Origin: Poseidonia sp.
Lineage (GTDB): Archaea; Thermoplasmatota; Poseidoniia; Poseidoniales; Poseidoniaceae
Reading direction: 5' to 3'
Assembly (NCBI GenBank): GCA_030827365.1
Contig: JAUREO010000002.1
Coordinates: 10,928-74,927 of the forward strand
Length of the DNA: 64,000 nucleotides
In this document: in pieces, positions 40,589-50,240 of the stretch
Layout: every line of letters begins with the position of its first letter
Position numbering within the stretch: position 1 is the first letter of the stretch
Made by a program: the position numbers and the translations under genes
Notes under the pieces: model-generated
Seen by the model: only the letters and a program-made list of their open reading frames with translations
Told to the model about the DNA's origin: nothing
The model's database searches: none

Positions 40589-40948
40589 TTACAAGTTGAC
40601 TTGATGCGAAATATCCCCAAGAATTTCCGCGTCCTCATATGGGTCATCAAGGTTTGAAACATCAACGATTTCGACTTCGTTGGTTGTCGAAAAATCTTCC
40701 ATTTCATTGCTGGCAAGAATCACATTGACATCTACTTCACCAACATCGTACTCGGGTGTTGCAACCTCAACTTTTTGTTCAATGGATGTATCATCATCAT
40801 CTTCGAAAAGGACCTCCGCTGATTGTTCAAATTCTTCTTTCATGTCATTAAACTGTTCTCGAAGCAAATCGTCTTCATCCAAAGGTTCGCCATCGCTCTT
40901 TTGCTTTGCTGACGAAAAAAATCGACGAAGCCAATCAGTTAGCGCCAT
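40589..40948 (-). CDS. Small acidic hypothetical protein
   Basis: D/E-rich ORF with amphipathic N-terminus (LTDWLRRFF). Confidence 0.6.
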   Translation of the reverse strand: MALTDWLRRFFSSAKQKSDGEPLDEDDLLREQFNDMKEEFEQSAEVLFEDDDDTSIEQKVEVATPEYDVGEVDVNVILASNEMEDFSTTNEVEIVDVSNLDDPYEDAEILGDISHQVNL

Positions 40949-41021
40949 GTTCAACCAAAATAGCTCCTCCTATGAGAATGATGTGAAGACTTGACTCAAT
41001 GGAAAAGTGCGTGATGTTCAA

Positions 41022-41867
41022 ATGCCTGCACATCTCGTTGGATTCATGGGTGTTGATTTCTTTGAAGGTGAACGCGTGCTCGCGTTTGACTTAGAAACCA
41101 CTGGAATTTCCACTTCAAGAGACCGGATTGTCCAATATGCTCTCATTGGCTCAGATGTCGATGGTACCTCAATTCACTTGGACAAATTGGTTCATCCACA
41201 ACGCAAAATTCCGAGAGATTCAAGTGAAATCCACGGAATATTCGATGCAGATGTTCAGGATGCCGAGCCTTTTTCTCACCATTCAAAAAAACTTGCTGAA
41301 CTGATGAATGGTGCTATTATTGTGGGCCATAATGTCCGCCAATTCGACCTTGCTATGCTCGAACAAGAATTTCTTCGTCTCGGTCAACTTGCTCCGAAAC
41401 CTAAAGCAATTTTTGACACGCTTGAAATTGTAAGAAGACTCAAAGTTCCGCGGCCACACAATTTGGGAAGTCTGTGTCGCCGACATCATATCGATTTATC
41501 AAACGCCCATACCGCTGGGGCAGATGCTGCTGCAACGCTTCTGCTTTTTTGGCAACTCTCACTCGATTACGCCCCCATGTTTCGAAAATCCATTGAGGAA
41601 TTAGAACGCTGGTTTGCCCATGGTGATATCACAAATCAAGACGCTTCGGAATTAGGTCGAAGTCTTGATGATTTACCACTTGTCGACTCCGAAGGAAAAA
41701 TTCGCAGAGATGGAGACCAGCTCATCCTCGCTTTTGGCAGACATCGCGGCGAGGATGTAAAAATCGTAGCAAAGGATGACCCCGCCTATCTCCATTGGAT
41801 GTTATCGCCAAATGGATTAGATGATGAGCATATTCGAACTGTTATTCGAAATTACATCAATGCTTGA
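41022..41867 (+). CDS. DEDDh 3'-5' exonuclease (DnaQ/epsilon-like)
   Basis: FDLETTG (Exo I), GHNVRQFD (Exo II), HTAGADA (Exo III); C-terminal FGRHRG...YLHW module. Confidence 0.9.
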   Translation: MPAHLVGFMGVDFFEGERVLAFDLETTGISTSRDRIVQYALIGSDVDGTSIHLDKLVHPQRKIPRDSSEIHGIFDADVQDAEPFSHHSKKLAELMNGAIIVGHNVRQFDLAMLEQEFLRLGQLAPKPKAIFDTLEIVRRLKVPRPHNLGSLCRRHHIDLSNAHTAGADAAATLLLFWQLSLDYAPMFRKSIEELERWFAHGDITNQDASELGRSLDDLPLVDSEGKIRRDGDQLILAFGRHRGEDVKIVAKDDPAYLHWMLSPNGLDDEHIRTVIRNYINA

Positions 41868-43018
41868 CCTTGATCTGAGATAGGATTCCATGGAAGTACA
41901 TCGCACCAATGGCCAACTCGAATTGAATCATTTCGCATCATGGCTGAAGAGATAAATGTGACACCTTTGTGCGAATCCCACATTTCTTCAAACGCTTCTT
42001 TTCCTCTTCCATCAAAATTCGCCGTAAAACGTTGGCCGGTTGGGAGAGGGTGTCCCTCGGTTGAGGATGGCTCACACAATTCAACAATCGCTACACCACT
42101 TGATTCATCGTAGCTATGGATGAGGACAACCATATCCATGAAGTCGCCCGAGTGCAACGTTCCAGTTGCTTGACGCCAATTCCACCAATGCGGGCACCAC
42201 GCCTTAAAATCGCAAAATCCTCCACAGGTTTCCTCTCCAGGAATTGCTGGAAGGGGTTGATCGGATATCTGTGTTGCTTCCCAAGCTGCGTACGCGTCTT
42301 CAAGAACGCTTGGTCCCGATGCTGGCCATTTTGAAGCCGTTTTTGTGTACCAACCTTCGGTACGAACTTCTGGGGCATTCGGATTATTGGCAAGTAATAT
42401 GTCTCTGTACATTCGGAGTTGACGATTGACTTCTTCCTTCAACTTCGTCTCTGGTGCATTTCCTGTTTTCAAATCTGCAACCAACCAACCAGTCATGTTG
42501 CCATCCATATCAACATCAGCGAGAAGTAAATCAAGTCGGCCCATGAGGCGACCATCGCGGGTTTTTAATTCTCCTTCTACAGCGATGACATGTTGTTGCA
42601 ATTTTTTCCACAAACCATAGGAAATTCGCTCTGGAGCAAGGCCTTTGACCCCGATATGATCAAGAAGCATGATGACTCCACCTCGCTGCTGTCGTTTTGC
42701 TTCAGTGAATTGTTCTTCTTTCCACATCGGACGGCGGGGAGTTGATAGAAAGACCGCTTTTTCTTCGTCCCATCGGTTTTGAAGCATCTGCAATGCACAA
42801 TCAGGAAACCACCCCATTTCCATATCTTCTTGGTCAGAAATGTCCATGTTGAGTAAATCTTCAATCGAAGCGTGAACGGCCGTTCCAAGCGATGCAGCCA
42901 TGCCCGCTTTGCGAGGGAAGCCTTGACGACTTAACCAATACATACGTGGACAAGTTTCGTATCTATTCCATGCAGAGGGCGAGAGTTGATGTTTTCGCTC
43001 CTCTTTGTCCTCGGTCAT
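41852..43018 (-). CDS. Stand-alone RecB/Cas4-like PD-(D/E)XK nuclease with four Cys
   Basis: LSPS...CP, GTAVH, GRLDL, DLKTG, QLRMY, CGGFCDFKAWC. Confidence 0.85.
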   Translation of the reverse strand: MTEDKEERKHQLSPSAWNRYETCPRMYWLSRQGFPRKAGMAASLGTAVHASIEDLLNMDISDQEDMEMGWFPDCALQMLQNRWDEEKAVFLSTPRRPMWKEEQFTEAKRQQRGGVIMLLDHIGVKGLAPERISYGLWKKLQQHVIAVEGELKTRDGRLMGRLDLLLADVDMDGNMTGWLVADLKTGNAPETKLKEEVNRQLRMYRDILLANNPNAPEVRTEGWYTKTASKWPASGPSVLEDAYAAWEATQISDQPLPAIPGEETCGGFCDFKAWCPHWWNWRQATGTLHSGDFMDMVVLIHSYDESSGVAIVELCEPSSTEGHPLPTGQRFTANFDGRGKEAFEEMWDSHKGVTFISSAMMRNDSIRVGHWCDVLPWNPISDQGQALM

Positions 43019-43103
43019 GCTTGTTGGTCACCCTCAAGAATGATGAAGGCTTTGATTCTAAACTTAGGAAAGATTTGATACCTAAGGCGATCAAGCAACG
43101 ATT

Positions 43104-43904
43104 ATGGAAGGCCCAATTGTGAAACTCAACAAGCCGGTAAAAGAAAAAACATTGGTCATTACCTGTTTTCCAAGCATCGGCATGGTATCAAGCATCGTAG
43201 CTCACTACCTCATTGATAACCTCGAATTGGAATTTGTTGGCGGCGTGATTGATGACCGCCTCCCTCCTCTTGCTATCGTTAAAAATGGGGAGCCACTCCC
43301 TCCAATCCGGGCTTACAGTGGAAAACGAAAATGTTCGATTCGTGGGTGCGATGAAGTCATTCTCCTCATGAGTGAACTTGTTGTTCCCGACCCTCTTGTT
43401 CATCGATTAGTCTGGTCCATGTTAGAATGGTCGAAAGAAAACAATATCGAAGCGGGCGTTCTTATCGATGCATTCGCAAAAGATGGTTTGAGCGGTTCTC
43501 TCGATGGTTCTGAGCCTGTCATCAACTATGAGGATACTGAAGCTATCGATGTCATTGGTATCGGGGCAAATGAAACCACACGCGAACTTTTGTCCAGCAT
43601 GGGTATCCAATTAGCTGAAAGTGGCGTGGTTCGAGGAATGAATGGTGGATTGCTTGCTGAAGCCATGCGACGAGGCATCGATACCATGTCTTTGATGGTC
43701 GAAGCAGACCCTCGCTTTCCAGATGCCAGAGCTGCAGCCGCCCTCATTGAACATCTCAATCTCCTCCTACCAACCATTGACCTCGACCATAAACCACTCC
43801 TGCAAGAAGCAGAAGAAATCGAATTGTCCATCAAAGCGATGATGGAAGGAATGGATCTCAATTTGGAACACTCATCAGGACCAAATTCAATGCTCTACGG
43901 CTGA
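43104..43904 (+). CDS. Proteasome assembly chaperone (PAC2/Pba family) with HbYX tail
   Basis: FPSIGMVSSIVAHYLI, PPIRAY, FPDARAAA; ends M-L-Y-G. Confidence 0.88.
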   Translation: MEGPIVKLNKPVKEKTLVITCFPSIGMVSSIVAHYLIDNLELEFVGGVIDDRLPPLAIVKNGEPLPPIRAYSGKRKCSIRGCDEVILLMSELVVPDPLVHRLVWSMLEWSKENNIEAGVLIDAFAKDGLSGSLDGSEPVINYEDTEAIDVIGIGANETTRELLSSMGIQLAESGVVRGMNGGLLAEAMRRGIDTMSLMVEADPRFPDARAAAALIEHLNLLLPTIDLDHKPLLQEAEEIELSIKAMMEGMDLNLEHSSGPNSMLYG

Positions 43905-44459
43905 AGACGTTCGAAAATACATCACGATATTGGCAATTCCAATGCCAAGGAGTATTATTGAGAACCACATCGGTGCAAGAAACAATGTGTCGTAAGGAAG
44001 ATGGGCGAAATCAAGTAGGGATTCACCTCTTGAAAAGCGGCCTCCGAGTGATGCAGTGAGTAATATTGTACCAACAGCAGTCATACCTATCGAAGCATGA
44101 GCAACAGCACTCTTCATGTTGGACCAAACTTCAAAACCAAACTTTTTCCTCACCATCAAAACGGCAATAGCAAGGCCAATGCCACTCATTGAAAGAAATA
44201 ATTTCGTTGCGAGAATAGAAGATTGAACATCATCTCCTGGACTTGACTGAATCCCTGAAAAAATGGCTAAGGGGGTCGCAAGTAAACCAAACACAAGGGC
44301 ACCATGAGCAATGGTATCAGCTTTTTTTATCAAGATCTCAAATTTCCAAATGTTCATCACACCAAGAACGCTGAGAAGAAAGCACGCCCCTGAAAGGGCA
44401 AATGCACCCACCACCATTTCAGTTCCAACCACATGTAATGTTGGAGGTGTTGGAAGCAT
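43887..44459 (-). CDS. Five-TM membrane protein, DUF2231-like, His-containing
   Basis: PTLHVV...; AHGAL; AHASIG; TASLGG; TGATG coupling to the upstream gene. Confidence 0.6.
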   Translation of the reverse strand: MLPTPPTLHVVGTEMVVGAFALSGACFLLSVLGVMNIWKFEILIKKADTIAHGALVFGLLATPLAIFSGIQSSPGDDVQSSILATKLFLSMSGIGLAIAVLMVRKKFGFEVWSNMKSAVAHASIGMTAVGTILLTASLGGRFSRGESLLDFAHLPYDTLFLAPMWFSIILLGIGIANIVMYFRTSSAVEH

Positions 44460-45451
44460 CAGAGTTCCCCTCCTTGGTCATCGTCTTCATCTTCTATGAA
44501 TAGGAAATTTTTCTGTTGGGTTTGACGTGGTGATGACATCAGTGTTGCGAGGGCGAGATAAAATCCACAAGAAAAGATGAGGAGTGAAATGGATTGAATA
44601 TACATTGCAGTATTGTCAATGTCGATGTTATCGTTCAAACTTGAAATTTGTAGCCAAGGGGTGGTCTGCTCGATGTCGTTTCCTTGTAATGTGACTCGCC
44701 ATTCTACAATGTCAGGGGATAATGTGGCTGGAATGACGATTTCCCAACGCTGTTCATCTTCTTGCTCGGCTACAAAACTATGGGTCTGCCCACCTTGTAA
44801 ACGCCATTCCACAAGCACACTCTCAACCTCGATGGTGGAAAGGACAAATGCAGTTTCCTCACCATTGTTTCGCTGTGTTGGGAGGATTGTGTTAGAATCG
44901 ATTCGTGGTAAGTTTTCGGGGACAGGTAACACCTCAATTTGTATGGGCTGGTCAGATATACCAAAGAATGGTGTGTCACTTTGTTGTGCCGAACCATGAT
45001 GAACAGATGCATAAAATGTGTAGATCCCACTGCTCGTAGGTGCTCGTAGCACCCATTCAACAGCGATACTTGAACCAGAATGTTGCACCTCAAGATAATT
45101 TTCGTTGCCTCCCCCTGAATGACTTATTGTGGTCCAATCTTCATCTTCAGGTGTGTCCTCAAAACCGGTGGTATCGGTAAGAAGAAAGACCCCGATGAGA
45201 CTCGTTTGAAGTTGGTCAAGATTGGATACTTCTACTCGAACTGAAGTTGGTAATCCTGCGTATGCCGTCGAAGTTTGTTCCAATGTAATTGTATAGGGAG
45301 ATGTTGCATTCAAATCTGCATCGCCATGGCACGCTCCGCCGCATTGCATGTCTTGCGTGGATGGGCCAACACCACCTGGATTGGCTTGAGAAAATGATGA
45401 AAGAATCAAGAGTCCGATGAAAAGAACAAGTGTCTTCGTTGAAGGTTTCAT
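44459..45451 (-). CDS. Secreted Reeler-like domain protein with CGGACH motif and C-terminal TM
   Basis: Signal peptide, NPGG...CGGACH, VEWVLRAPTSSG, TM near the C-terminus. Confidence 0.7.
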   Translation of the reverse strand: MKPSTKTLVLFIGLLILSSFSQANPGGVGPSTQDMQCGGACHGDADLNATSPYTITLEQTSTAYAGLPTSVRVEVSNLDQLQTSLIGVFLLTDTTGFEDTPEDEDWTTISHSGGGNENYLEVQHSGSSIAVEWVLRAPTSSGIYTFYASVHHGSAQQSDTPFFGISDQPIQIEVLPVPENLPRIDSNTILPTQRNNGEETAFVLSTIEVESVLVEWRLQGGQTHSFVAEQEDEQRWEIVIPATLSPDIVEWRVTLQGNDIEQTTPWLQISSLNDNIDIDNTAMYIQSISLLIFSCGFYLALATLMSSPRQTQQKNFLFIEDEDDDQGGEL

Positions 45452-47949
45452 TGTGAAGCCCCCTTTCTAAACATCAAAAGAAAGACAACAACTCCTGCAA
45501 GAAGGATGACTGTTGAAAACAATATTGGGAGCATTGGAGTTTGTTCGGCTTCCAGTTGAACTTGGCTAAAATCAATGGTTTCAGATTGACTTTGTCCTGC
45601 TTGTAATTCTTGGTCGTTCACGACTGGAACGATAGAGAACGACTGCTCGATAGCCAGACTGCTCTGTCCATCAAAGGTGAGCCTACTCGTCTCGCCAATC
45701 AATCGGCCATCTTCATAAATTCGAAACAGTGCATCTGGACCATCCCATGCCCATGAAAGTGAAAATTTCTCTTGTGATTGCTCAAGAATGACATTTGAAA
45801 CTCTCGGGCCTTGGACAGACTGGAATGTTTGTTTTGTTTCTGACATTGCACCGGATGAATCTGTCACCATAAGTTTGACTTCAAAATTTGTAGGTGCAAT
45901 GATTTCCAAAACTGAGTCAGACCCGACAAAGCGACTTTGACCATCACCTGTATTAAGATACCAAGCAAATGAGACAAGACTGCCATCGGGGTCAAAAGAT
46001 GTTGATGCATCGTATCGTACTATTTCCCCAGTCCATACCACCTCGGACTGAATTTCGAAATCCGCCGTGGGTGGCGCATTTTGGATCATGAAGGTGAATT
46101 CAAATGTTTGTCCTTCATCGTCACCATCTGACAATTCTATCACTAATTTCCATTGTTGTCCTGGGCCAACTTTGGATGCCGGAACGACCATTTCATCATC
46201 GAGGGTACCATCACGAAATCCATTTCTATACCATGATATTGAATAATCAATGCTATCATCATCAGCGTCAAAAAACGAAATTGAAGGTACTAAATCCTGC
46301 TTGGCAATTGGCTGTTCTTCTAATTCAACTGCAACGGTTGGAATCGAATTAAGAATAAGCACGGAAGCCGAAGTTGTCACTTCACTCACATCTTCACCAT
46401 CCGATAGTACGACAGATGCACTCCATTGATCCCCTTTTTTGGTGTATTCGCTTGGTAAGGTTGTTGAAATTCCTGTGTCAACTGATGCTTCACCATTGTT
46501 CCACATGACCGAAAAAATGGAGATTGCATCTCCATCTGCATCCGTTGCTGCAAAATCAAACGTCAAGTCTTCGTCTGATGGATTTTCAATTGAACCAAGA
46601 GTAATACTCATGAGGTGTGGTGGAGAATTTTGAATGAGAATGAGGTCGGATGGAGTCCAATTCGACCAACCAAATCCGTCGAACACACGAACTATCGCTT
46701 GCCATGATTCGCCTTTCGTTGTGCTCGATGAAGGCAAAGTAGCACGTGTTTGCTCTTCAACTTCAACACCATCACGAAGCCAAGAAATTTGATGCTCTTG
46801 TTCGGTATCACCCTCTTCATCTGCGATGGTCCATGCGACAACAATGTCATCGGACGATGTTGGGGTTGAAGGCGTAACTGAAATCGAAGTTATCGTTGGT
46901 CCTGAGTTATTTGAACCAACAAAAACACTAGGGCTTGTCACTTCAACCGAATCAATGCCATCATCGAGAACAAGGACGGCTTCCCAAGTATCACCAATCC
47001 TTGTCGCAAGGCTTGGTACGGTCGTGAGGTTATCGAGACTGTCGATTCTTTGCCCATCAACTTTCCAAAATAAGGAGGATGAAATGCTATCACCATCATC
47101 ATCTGTGGTTGAAAAAGTGGCCAAAAGGTCATCTTCGGTTACTGGTTGGGTGGGTGAAATCACAAATTCGACGGCTGAAGGAAGAGTATTCGTGATAGTA
47201 ATGGTTGCCGAGGTTACACTTTGACCTGTATCGAACCCATCAGAAGGCGTGACCACAACAGACCACTGCTCGCCTCTGGTGGTTTGGGATGATAGCACCG
47301 TGGTTGTCGTAACACCTGTGACAAGCGAGCCATCTTTGAACCACTGAATGGTTGTTCCTGATTGCTCATCACCGTCGAGGTCAAAATAATCGTAACTGAG
47401 AACCAAATCGTCGCTCGTAGTAGGGTTCTCAGGACTGATGACAACATTTGAGACTGAAGGAGGATTGTTTGCATCAACAAATTCTGAAATCTGGACGGAT
47501 GCTGTCCCTTTAATGTCATTTTTATTGGAACCGCCACCATCTGCATTCAACACAGCGACACTGATGGTCACATCACCGCTACCGATGGTAGGTGCTGTCC
47601 AATCGACCTGCCAAGCGTTACGTTGGAAATCGTTGTGGGTTGCTGAGAGTTTATTCGTCGATATTTGAACCATCGTACCAGGATTGGACAATTCACCTTT
47701 GGTGACCTGCAGTGAAAAACCACCTGTTGAATGGACAGGATTGACCGAACTAATGTTGATTGTGTAAGTCGTACCAGCAACATAAGCCGAGGGATATCCT
47801 TCAAGTGTTGGCGTTAACAAAGATGATGGTGTGTGACACGAACACCCACTTGAACTGTTGAAAACACCATCATCCCTACTTTGGCTCAGCGGCGTGGCAA
47901 AAAGCGAAACAAGGAGAAGAGTAGAGAGCAGCAGCGTTCTAACCTTCAT
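45448..47949 (-). CDS. Surface protein: Reeler-like domain (GCSCH), five Ig-like repeats, PKD domain, C-terminal TM
   Basis: Signal peptide from ATG 47949; GGFSL, WQVDWTAP; repeats N.PP...DDL...D.DGD...W.(K/R)DG. Confidence 0.8.
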   Translation of the reverse strand: MKVRTLLLSTLLLVSLFATPLSQSRDDGVFNSSSGCSCHTPSSLLTPTLEGYPSAYVAGTTYTINISSVNPVHSTGGFSLQVTKGELSNPGTMVQISTNKLSATHNDFQRNAWQVDWTAPTIGSGDVTISVAVLNADGGGSNKNDIKGTASVQISEFVDANNPPSVSNVVISPENPTTSDDLVLSYDYFDLDGDEQSGTTIQWFKDGSLVTGVTTTTVLSSQTTRGEQWSVVVTPSDGFDTGQSVTSATITITNTLPSAVEFVISPTQPVTEDDLLATFSTTDDDGDSISSSLFWKVDGQRIDSLDNLTTVPSLATRIGDTWEAVLVLDDGIDSVEVTSPSVFVGSNNSGPTITSISVTPSTPTSSDDIVVAWTIADEEGDTEQEHQISWLRDGVEVEEQTRATLPSSSTTKGESWQAIVRVFDGFGWSNWTPSDLILIQNSPPHLMSITLGSIENPSDEDLTFDFAATDADGDAISIFSVMWNNGEASVDTGISTTLPSEYTKKGDQWSASVVLSDGEDVSEVTTSASVLILNSIPTVAVELEEQPIAKQDLVPSISFFDADDDSIDYSISWYRNGFRDGTLDDEMVVPASKVGPGQQWKLVIELSDGDDEGQTFEFTFMIQNAPPTADFEIQSEVVWTGEIVRYDASTSFDPDGSLVSFAWYLNTGDGQSRFVGSDSVLEIIAPTNFEVKLMVTDSSGAMSETKQTFQSVQGPRVSNVILEQSQEKFSLSWAWDGPDALFRIYEDGRLIGETSRLTFDGQSSLAIEQSFSIVPVVNDQELQAGQSQSETIDFSQVQLEAEQTPMLPILFSTVILLAGVVVFLLMFRKGASQ
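46080..47470 (-). repeat. Five degenerate Ig-like protein repeats of about 95 aa (approximate bounds)
   Basis: Recurring N(S/N)xP, DDL, DxDGD, WxxDG, T(K/R)xGxxW in the translation. Confidence 0.7.
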
Positions 47950-47974
47950 AGACAGAAAATCATGGTGGAGTTTT

Positions 47975-50200
47975 TTATTCTTCGTTTTGATTTGAGCCAA
48001 AATCAAACAATGTTGTTCGATTTGGCTTTGCTTCAACAGTTTGATTTGATTCAATTGCACCTGTACGAACGCCGGATGGATTCAATTCAATGCTGGATGA
48101 AAATCGTTGTTCATCCCAAATCTCTACCCCAAGTGTCTCAGCTTTCGCTCGTTTGGAACCTGCATTTTCTCCAGCGAGGAGGACGGATAATTTGCTTGAC
48201 ACACTACCGACCACCTTGCCACCATGCATCCGGATGAGGTCCTCAAATTCTTTTCGGCCTTGGCTTAGTGTTCCTGTAATACAAAATGTCATTCCATCAA
48301 ATACAGCACCTGCCGTTGAGGTCACGACTTCATTTTCGACATTGACATGCTTCATGAGTTCGACGATCATCGCCATTCGAACATGAAGACCGTCGCGAAT
48401 GTGCAAAGCCACAACATCACCTACGCCTTCAATGGCTTGCATTTGTCGAAGTGCTTGATTCTCAGAATACGGTTTTCCTTGTTCATCTTTCTGAGGGCCA
48501 AACTGTTCACTATCAGTCTCAGCAAACGCAAGTTCAACCCATTCTAAAAGGGATTGAAGTGATTGCAAATGTTTTGCGATGGCCATGCCAAGTTCTGGGC
48601 CAATTCCAGGAAGCCCGAGGGCATGAAGGAATTTTGAAAGGGTCATCGTTTTGGTTTTTTCAAGTTCACCAAGAACATTGAGAGAGGACTTTTCACCCAT
48701 TCGCTCAAGGCTTTGTAAATCATCAAGGGTCAATGTGTACAAATCTGCAATTGAAGAAATTTTGCCTGCTTCGAGCAACTGTTCAACTAATTTTTCGCCA
48801 ACGCCATCCATTTCCAAAGCACGACACCAGTACAATATTGCACGACCTGTTCGAGCGGTACATGCAAGGTTGATGCATTTGAGAAATGCACCTTCCAATT
48901 CCACTTCGCCTGAACAAGCTGGGCAAGTATTTGGAATTAGAATGTCAAATGATGTGGGAAGCTGCCCGTTAAATTGCGAACCATCGGCGTGAAATCGGTT
49001 GTTCAAATCATGCTGTGAAGCCTTACCTAAACTCGATTCTATTTTTGGAATCACGTCGCCCCTTCTGACAATTTTGACTTTGTCGCCAATGGCTAAACCA
49101 AGTCGTTCAATCTCTCCGACATTGTGCAATGTTGTGTTTTCAACGGTCACTCCTCCTACCCTTTGGGGAGCAATCTTCGCTACGGGGGTGATGTTACCAG
49201 TTCTCCCGGTTTGCCAAACAACATCGAGGAGAACAGAAGTGGCTTCTTCTGGTGGGAATTTCCAAGCAAGAGCCCACCTCGGGTGATGTGCTGTTTTTCC
49301 AAGTTGTTCTCGATACTGTAAATCATCGACCTTGAAGACGACGCCATCGATTTCGTATCTAAAACCTGAACGCTTCTTCTTCCACTCAAGCGTAACATCA
49401 CGCAATGCTTCAATGGATGTTTCAGGCATTTTAGAACGATGAATACTCCATTCTGCAGGCTCGATGGTTGAATGTTCGATAAGCCAAGCAAGCACTTCGG
49501 AATCATAGGTAAAATGTGGAGGTGCGTCGCTTTTCGTATGACGGAAGTGCTCCTTAGGAAATTGGGCATCGTAGGCATGGAATCGTAAATCCGCGGCGTC
49601 TGCTTTTCCAATTTCCAATTTCTGCCGCAATGCTCCAGCCGCAAGATTACGGGGATTTGGCGAAATGTGTTTGTATTTTGACTCAAAAATATCGAGCGGC
49701 ATCACCACTTCACCTCGCACATGAATGTCGATATTTGCATTCAATTGAATAGGAATGTTGGGTATTTTGAGCACGTTTCTCGTGACATCTTCGCCCCGTT
49801 CACCGCTTCCTCTCGTCGCTGCACGAACAAGACGGCCGCGTCGATATTCGATGGATAAGGCTGAACCATCGAGTTTGGGTTGTGCTAAGAAATTCAAAGC
49901 ACCATTTGTTGTCGTTCGAACAAAATGGGCAATTTCATCTTCGGTCGTTGCTTTATCCAAACTCAACATTGGAAACATATGGTCGACTTTTTGTGTGCCT
50001 GGGTCTATGTCTGCACCAACTCGGTTGAGTTGTGGATGCTCTGGAGAAAGTCTTTTGAGTTCATCCCATAGTTCATCGAATTCAGCATCTGTAATTTCAG
50101 TCTGGGCTTGATTGTAGTACAGATCGGAATGGTACGCAACTTGTTCTGCAAGCCATGAAATGCGCTCTACGACGGGCAACTGTGCGTCGTCTTGAGCCAT
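47975..50200 (-). CDS. ligA: NAD+-dependent DNA ligase
   Basis: PMLSLDK, PKLDG (adenylated Lys), TRGSGERGEDVT, RNLAAG, PRWALAWKF, Zn finger CPAC..C..C, HhH, BRCT (FCITGTL...GSK). Confidence 0.97.
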   Translation of the reverse strand: MAQDDAQLPVVERISWLAEQVAYHSDLYYNQAQTEITDAEFDELWDELKRLSPEHPQLNRVGADIDPGTQKVDHMFPMLSLDKATTEDEIAHFVRTTTNGALNFLAQPKLDGSALSIEYRRGRLVRAATRGSGERGEDVTRNVLKIPNIPIQLNANIDIHVRGEVVMPLDIFESKYKHISPNPRNLAAGALRQKLEIGKADAADLRFHAYDAQFPKEHFRHTKSDAPPHFTYDSEVLAWLIEHSTIEPAEWSIHRSKMPETSIEALRDVTLEWKKKRSGFRYEIDGVVFKVDDLQYREQLGKTAHHPRWALAWKFPPEEATSVLLDVVWQTGRTGNITPVAKIAPQRVGGVTVENTTLHNVGEIERLGLAIGDKVKIVRRGDVIPKIESSLGKASQHDLNNRFHADGSQFNGQLPTSFDILIPNTCPACSGEVELEGAFLKCINLACTARTGRAILYWCRALEMDGVGEKLVEQLLEAGKISSIADLYTLTLDDLQSLERMGEKSSLNVLGELEKTKTMTLSKFLHALGLPGIGPELGMAIAKHLQSLQSLLEWVELAFAETDSEQFGPQKDEQGKPYSENQALRQMQAIEGVGDVVALHIRDGLHVRMAMIVELMKHVNVENEVVTSTAGAVFDGMTFCITGTLSQGRKEFEDLIRMHGGKVVGSVSSKLSVLLAGENAGSKRAKAETLGVEIWDEQRFSSSIELNPSGVRTGAIESNQTVEAKPNRTTLFDFGSNQNEE

Positions 50201-50240
50201 ATTTCTCCAACTCTTCAACCATTCTTGAACCCTTGCGCAC

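Noticed and set aside
41852-43018. Cas4 as evidence of a CRISPR-Cas locus
   Set aside because: No cas1/cas2 and no repeat-spacer array seen; stand-alone nucleases of this family are common
47950-48060. N-terminal extension of the 870-aa ORF
   Set aside because: Overlaps the ligA 3' end; the signal peptide begins at ATG 47949
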